NCBI GenBank assembly: GCA_951406725.2
Contig: OX597822.1
Span: 8,556,001 to 8,620,000 of the forward strand
DNA: 64,000 nt
Direction: 5' to 3'
Source: Octopus vulgaris
Taxonomy: Eukaryota
The position numbers were made by a program, and so were the translations under genes. The notes below the pieces were generated by a model. The model searched no databases and was not told the origin of the DNA. It was given only the letters and a program-made list of their open reading frames with translations. Positions 58,296 to 64,000 of this stretch are shown piece after piece; position 1 is the first letter of the stretch; each line of letters begins with the position of its first letter.

Positions 58296-58960
58296 TTCGT
58301 ATTAAATTGAAAAGTATAGACACGAACCTGAACTATCAAGTAATATATCTAAATAAATAATTTTTATTAGTAACAACTAATAGAACTTCTTACAATAAGA
58401 ATAAACAAAATTTAATAGGTAACAGATAATAAATAAGGACATACATAGATTTTTGTATTACCAATAAATAAGAAGGCTTAAGTATATTGTGAACAAGATA
58501 GTTAGTACAACGTGGGAATGGGAGGTATATAAACCTATATAGTTAATATGGATTATTTTTTAGAGTTAATGATAAATGACCAGCTTTTTAAAGAAAAACC
58601 TGTCCCTTTTGCACCACTAAAAAGGGTGGATAGTAACATGACCTAGTTTTCAGAACTATATTTATCCCATGTCCAAAGGTCAGAATCAACTTATACCTAT
58701 ATTTCGAACGGAACCAAAGATACACAGACTACAATTCAATTAGAATGAACTCTCTATCCGTTGAGGAGGTATGGAAAAAAATTACTTTGATAAACTCTTG
58801 CTATGGTGAAGGATTTTGATTTTTAAAATTCATACATAATCCAATTTAATTGCATAATATGGATTTAAGTAATTAAAACCGAAACGCGTGTAGGCAACAT
58901 GAATTGACTATTATTATAAGTACATTCTCTATTTTCTTTTCATTGTTACAATTTTTCTCC
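55690..58960 (+). mobile_element. Decayed Penelope-like element (RT plus C-terminal GIY-YIG, Hydra-clade-like) with a 3' HHR remnant
   Basis: FNVTMGSTDSAQITDLV (RT), IIWFIIPF...NIGTLFYEAVSKYL, CNYVKEERCP (CxCx5C-like), IYK...YYYVGSTEN and HTVRWEVI motifs. A degenerate HHR lies at 58798-58897. Confidence 0.85.
58798..58897 (+). ncRNA. Degenerate hammerhead at the PLE 3' end
   Basis: TTGCT-ATGGTGA (two core changes)-AGGATTTT...AAAACC-GAAA-CGCGT-GTA-GGCAA. Confidence 0.55.
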
Positions 58961-59504
58961 TATATCGAAAAGATTACAACATTTACTGTGACTTCAAGAG
59001 AGTAAGGGACTGATTTTCAGAGAAGAACCAACGATAAGCACTAGTGCGTATGCAAATGTGGAATTCGCAGAAGGATAAATTGATGTAGAGCTAAACAGGT
59101 ATAGACGTGGGTAAATATCCCTATGAGAGAACGACCTCTTTCCGCACAAACTTAAATATATATCTATATATATATACTAAATTTATAATTATATAGATAA
59201 ATATATTAAAGGATATATATACACACATATATAAATATACATACATGCATGATTACATACACACACACTTAGACACATACATATACATATAAATACATAT
59301 ACACATACATACATATATCCATTCATTGTGCATTCGTTTTAAACACATCTCTATTATTAAAGTTTTGCGCATATGACTGAGCGTCGCAAGACTGGACAGG
59401 CGGAAATCGTAGGGCGCCAGAATATATGCATCTATGTTTTTTGTTGCATTATATGCACTTCTTCATCTTTAGCATCTTCCTATATTTACACTTTGTGTAT
59501 ATGA

Positions 59505-59749
59505 TATGGTTTCTAAAATATTTTTAGGTTATTTTACTCATCACTTCTGAACGTTTTCAAGGGTTATCAATGCTAATCTATCGCAGAAGCTTACAGTAGC
59601 CAGCCGTGATTCTTACCTATGGTCACCTATGGTTTCTAAAATACTTTTAGACTATTTTACTCATCACTTCTGAACGTTTTCAAGGGTTATCAATGCTAAA
59701 CTATCGCAGAACCTGACAGTAACCAGCCGTGATTCTTATGTGTGGTCAC
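59505..59749. repeat. Diverged 123-bp tandem duplication
   Basis: TATGGTTTCTAAAATA...GGTCAC occurs twice, starting at 59505 and 59628. Confidence 0.92.
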
Positions 59750-60487
59750 ATAAACTACAGCAATTAACAACAATATTTTCTTCGTATTATGTTGAACATA
59801 ATTTATTAAAGAATATTATATATATGTTTGATAAAGAGTTCCCAATTTATTACCAATAAGAAAAAATATGTCAATTATAACTATGTTTTTGGTCAGAGAC
59901 GAACTGGAGTTCAAAATCAACAAGTGAACGTCAAAGAACATTTTCTTCAACATAGATTGTTTTTGTTCATAGCCATGCTGCATAGTATGCAAATATCAAA
60001 ATTTCACCTTTACACTAAGATACTATTCTCTTATAAACATATATTGAACGGAGAACAACTGGATGCTTCTCGCCAGCGAATTCACTAGACCTTGCATAAT
60101 TGCTCATCCTTCATTTATTACTTTTCAAAACTGCTCGTGTGCGACCACCTGCTTCGTCTATGTGTCAATATTCACTAAACACATTATCTTTGAGAGTGTG
60201 TGTGTTTGGGTGTGGTGTGTTGTGTGTATGCATATGTGTATGTGCGTGTGTGTGTGCATGCGCGCGCGTGTGTGTCTGCTTCAGTGTGTGTATGTGTGTA
60301 GAGGACACCCATAGCGTTCAACATAAAGTTGCTTTAATGTCTATTTTTAATAATCACCCAGACATTCATGCACGCGGACTCACACAATCTCAGACATATA
60401 CACCTGTCGTTCCCACATATGCGTTCACACATACACATACAAATATATGTGAGCGTGTGCGTGTGTATTTCAAGAGTAACGTATTTG

Positions 60488-60550
<63 letters not shown>

Positions 60551-60654
60551 GTATATATGTGTGTGTGTGTGTGAGTGTGTGTGTACATACATGGATATAT
60601 ATGTATGTATGTATGTATGTATATGTATACATACATAGATAAATACATACTTAC

Positions 60655-61511
60655 GTGAAGTTCACACTGAAGATATCACCCACAACATAAACAGTTTTCC
60701 GAAAATGTCATCATGGCTTATCTACGATGAAACATGATGTTGTAGCTAGGACACACTATAATGAAATCCGTCAAAAGGATAATCCCTAGGACAAAGAAAT
60801 AAAAAATATATATAATATCGTAGAAGCCATAGCCACTCATAATAAAAAGGAATAATGGTGGAATGTACCAGTGAAGACCCCAATAAAATGTAAGCACAAC
60901 AGAGCTGATATAATGCTTTGGGATAGAGAAGAGAAACTGTGCACAGTTTCAGAAATTAACTGAGCAGTAGATGTTAACATAAAGCTTTGGATCAGTGAAA
61001 ATGTCTCTTTTTCACACCTCTGTTGAAATATTGTGAAATTTATCTGCATTACATGTTCAGTTTAACACTTATAATAATTGGGGCCCTGGGATATGTAACA
61101 CATTGCCTAAATACCAATCGTGAGAAATTAGGGTTCTCAAAACCAGAAAGAAGAAAGCTAATTCGAAGGCTACAAATCCAGTCCATCAACGGAACTGTAA
61201 AAATCTGTAAAACTTTCCAGAAGTTTATTATTTAAATATGTGTGTGCATGCTAGATATGCAACTGTATGAATACATACATATCCATACATCAACAACACA
61301 ATCGAGGAACAGAACGACATACATACATACATACATACATATAAGAGTACCCTGTTGATGTTGAAATTCCAATGAAGGTACCTTGGATCTAGGTTACACA
61401 CCACTTCTTTCTCTAATGGCAAGAAATCTTGAAATAAACTAAATGATGACAAACATACATACATATATACATACATACATACATACATACATAAATACAT
61501 ATGAACGTAAG
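60655..61511 (+). mobile_element. R4/Dong-like LINE 3' end, same family as 1-3425
   Basis: EDITHNI, KHDVVARTHY, WWNVPVKTPIKCKHNRADIMLWD and IIIGALGYVTHCLNTN...GTVKICKTFQKFII*, then a 3' UTR with short (TACA)n. Confidence 0.88.
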
Positions 61512-61559
61512 TATCAAACTTAGTGTCACACAATAACAACGTTAATAACTGGAGTTGAT

Positions 61560-62560
61560 TCCTTCCTATCTAACTGCACGTTGCTTTGCTCTAACTGCGC
61601 ACCCCTCATATTTGGCCTCGAGGTGTTGATTCAGAATCAAACTGACAGCCAAGATTAGGGGTGCGTTGCGAGACCTCAGGGTTTCTTCTAAGTCCCTAAC
61701 TAAGGCGCTTTCTGTTCTATTTTTCTTAGCTATTAATTCTTTGCTAAGCGTAATGGACTCGAACTTGATGGCTCTTTTGACGGCATACTACCATTTGTTG
61801 TTAACAATTGTGCTACACAATGCCCTCGAAATTAACTCCCTAATCCGACTCCTGTACTCCACATTACTCAAATGAGATTAGTTGAGTTTCCAGTAACCGG
61901 ATCCCTGTCTATGCATCTTAACTAAATCAAGCTTATAGGTCACAAATTTGTAATCCCTGCAGCTGACATAATGGACGACAATTGTGGACGACAAACTAGG
62001 TTTCTATCTAATTCTCTAAATAGAATTTTATCTAGATAAGATCTCGTCGACCCATCACTATTCATCCATGTCCACAATGGAGCGTCTAGTCTATACCTAT
62101 CTGCCAGCTGAAAACGGCTAAGCAGATTTAAGAAACACTGATTACCTCTTCTACCATTAGAGCCAGCACAATCCACGCGTGCATCGAGGATTGCGTTAAC
62201 GTTCCCTTACATAACAATAGAATGAGAGGAACCAAGAAATTTCTCAATGCTTCGAAAATAATCGGTTTTACCTGCACCTTTCGCAAGGGTGTAAACACCA
62301 GCCAACCTGAAAGACCAGCCTGCCCTCCGGGTCGATTAAAATTGTTTTTATTTCAAAGCCCAGGTTTTTTCTGAACAGCACAGTAACACCTCCTCCACCT
62401 ACAGTTGACCTTGGAGAAGTAATTTTAATGTAACCATTTAGGAGTGGGGAGAAATCCCTCTGGCTGCTTAACCTGGACTCTGTAGCCACCATGACATCCA
62501 AACGTTGCGACCTGCGGTCATGTAGGAAACGGGATTGTTTCTAAGCGAAGGATTCTCTCT
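61560..62560 (-). mobile_element. L1/Tx1-clade LINE ORF2 APE endonuclease fragment
   Basis: DVMVATESRL...GGGGVTVLFRK...DPEGRLV, WTWMNSDGSTRSYLDKILF and GSGYWKLN motifs. Confidence 0.85.
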
Positions 62561-62676
62561 TGACTATTTGTGAAATGGCAAAATCAAACCTGATGTAACT
62601 TACACCTTTTACACCTGCTGCCTTCCTATTCAATACGATAGCCTCTATAAAAATGTGAATATCCTCGCAGAGAGAA

Positions 62677-62886
62677 TCATCATCATCATTGTTCGACCGT
62701 GGTCGAGACAATGGAATTTACCATGCTACGCCAGACTTCACGGTCCATCATGGCATTACGGAGGTCCTGTTACTGGATGCCTGTATCCCTGGAGATTACA
62801 TTAGGGTAGGAGAGTGTGCGCCCTCTGGTATTGCGAGTAGATGGCTTCCAGTGGAGAAGAGTAGAAATTACTTCTTTTTCAGCTCT
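62677..62886 (-). mobile_element. RTE-like LINE 3' end with a (GAT)n tail
   Basis: RGRTLSYPNVISRDTGIQ*QDLRNAMMDREVWRSMVNSIV followed by (TGA)n. Confidence 0.8.
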
Positions 62887-62992
62887 CCAGAAGTTTATTA
62901 TTTAAATATGTGTGTGCATGCTAGATATGCAACTGTATGAATGAGAATACATACATATCCATACATCAACAACACAATCGAGGAACAGAACG

Positions 62993-63023
<31 letters not shown>

Positions 63024-63191
63024 AGAGTACCCTGTTGATGTTGAAATTCCAATGAAGGTACCTTGGATCTAGGTTACACACCACTTCTTTCTCTATTGGC
63101 AAGAAATCTTGAAATAAACTAAATGATGACAAACATACATACATATATACATACACACATACATACATACATAAATACATATGAACGTAAG
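62886..63191 (+). repeat. Near-identical direct duplicate of 61216-61511 (Dong-like LINE 3' end)
   Basis: TCCAGAAGTTTATTATTTAAATATG...ATGAACGTAAG occurs at both sites and differs by small indels and a few substitutions. Confidence 0.93.
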
Positions 63192-64000
63192 ACAACAGAG
63201 CAATTAACATGACAAATGGACTGAATGTCAGCAACCTAAAAAAAACAGTGAAACGCAAGACGCACCGGCAGCAAACATGAACAGTTAACTGAAAGTGCAA
63301 CGTGATACTTCTCCAGTTAACACTGTACCAGCCAATGTTCGGAGTGCACTATTGCATGAGGCTATAGGACAGTTGTTGCCAAATTATACTCCCCTAAATG
63401 CAAGCATGCTCACCAATAATTTAGAATCAATTGAAGATAGGTTTGTAGATTTTTAAAAGTTGAAATTACAACCACACTGTTCTTAATGAACGGAGTACAC
63501 AAGAAAAACTCTCAGCCAGTGCAAAGACAGCAAAGCTTTGCTGCAGAAATAAATGCGATATATGAATTATCGATGTTCGAACAAGAAGGCGGAGGAAATT
63601 CAGGCCATTTCAAGTTTTCACAATGTGAATGGTTTTCGCGATGGTATATCTACTGCGCTCTCTCTTGTGACCTGATTACGATTACATAGGCGCAGAATGA
63701 CTGGTAACAATGGCGAAAACCTTTGAAAATAAATGTTGTAGTTGAGTTCCATTGGAAGAAACAAAAAGAATGTAGAAAGAAAAGCTAGAGAAATATCTAT
63801 TCGACAGAGTCGAAAAATAGCTGTTTCCCCGTACAATGCAAGGAAAGTGTACCTCATTGCTGACAAAAACTCTACAATTGCATACGTAGACACACTGTAT
63901 TCGCGCGAGGACATAGGCGCCTAATATGACTAGACAATGTGTGGTACAAGACACAAGATCAAGTGATTGACGGCTAAGTTATATGTATGTGTGTGAGTGT

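Noticed and set aside
63200-63960. Coding-like stretch, possibly a LINE ORF1 remnant
   Set aside because: The frames are short and broken and show no motif I can name.

Overview
This is AT-rich, microsatellite-dense animal genomic DNA. The repeat families (tRNA-derived SINEs, Penelope-like elements at (TA)n, RTE/Dong/Tx1 LINEs, mariners) resemble a cephalopod such as Octopus, which is an inference. I recognise no host protein-coding gene, rRNA, true tRNA or CRISPR array, and every long ORF in the track is microsatellite read-through or a decayed transposon frame. The window is intergenic or intronic and consists of decayed transposons: R4/Dong-like, RTE, CR1 and L1/Tx1 LINEs, Penelope-like elements (PLEs), Ty3/Gypsy gag-pro, Tc1/mariner and MITEs, a Helitron and SINEs. 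The main signal is RNA structure. About 14 minimal type-I hammerhead ribozyme (HHR) motifs from several unrelated repeat families can be folded by eye, often inside tandem or inverted duplications at (TA)n. They include a 217-bp tandem, retrozyme-like unit whose core carries a compensatory G3-C8 swap. A second oddity is a roughly 2-kb (TACA)n tract in a LINE 3' UTR whose middle 1.4 kb is the exact A-to-G converted version, (TGCG)n. All folds and alignments were done by eye.
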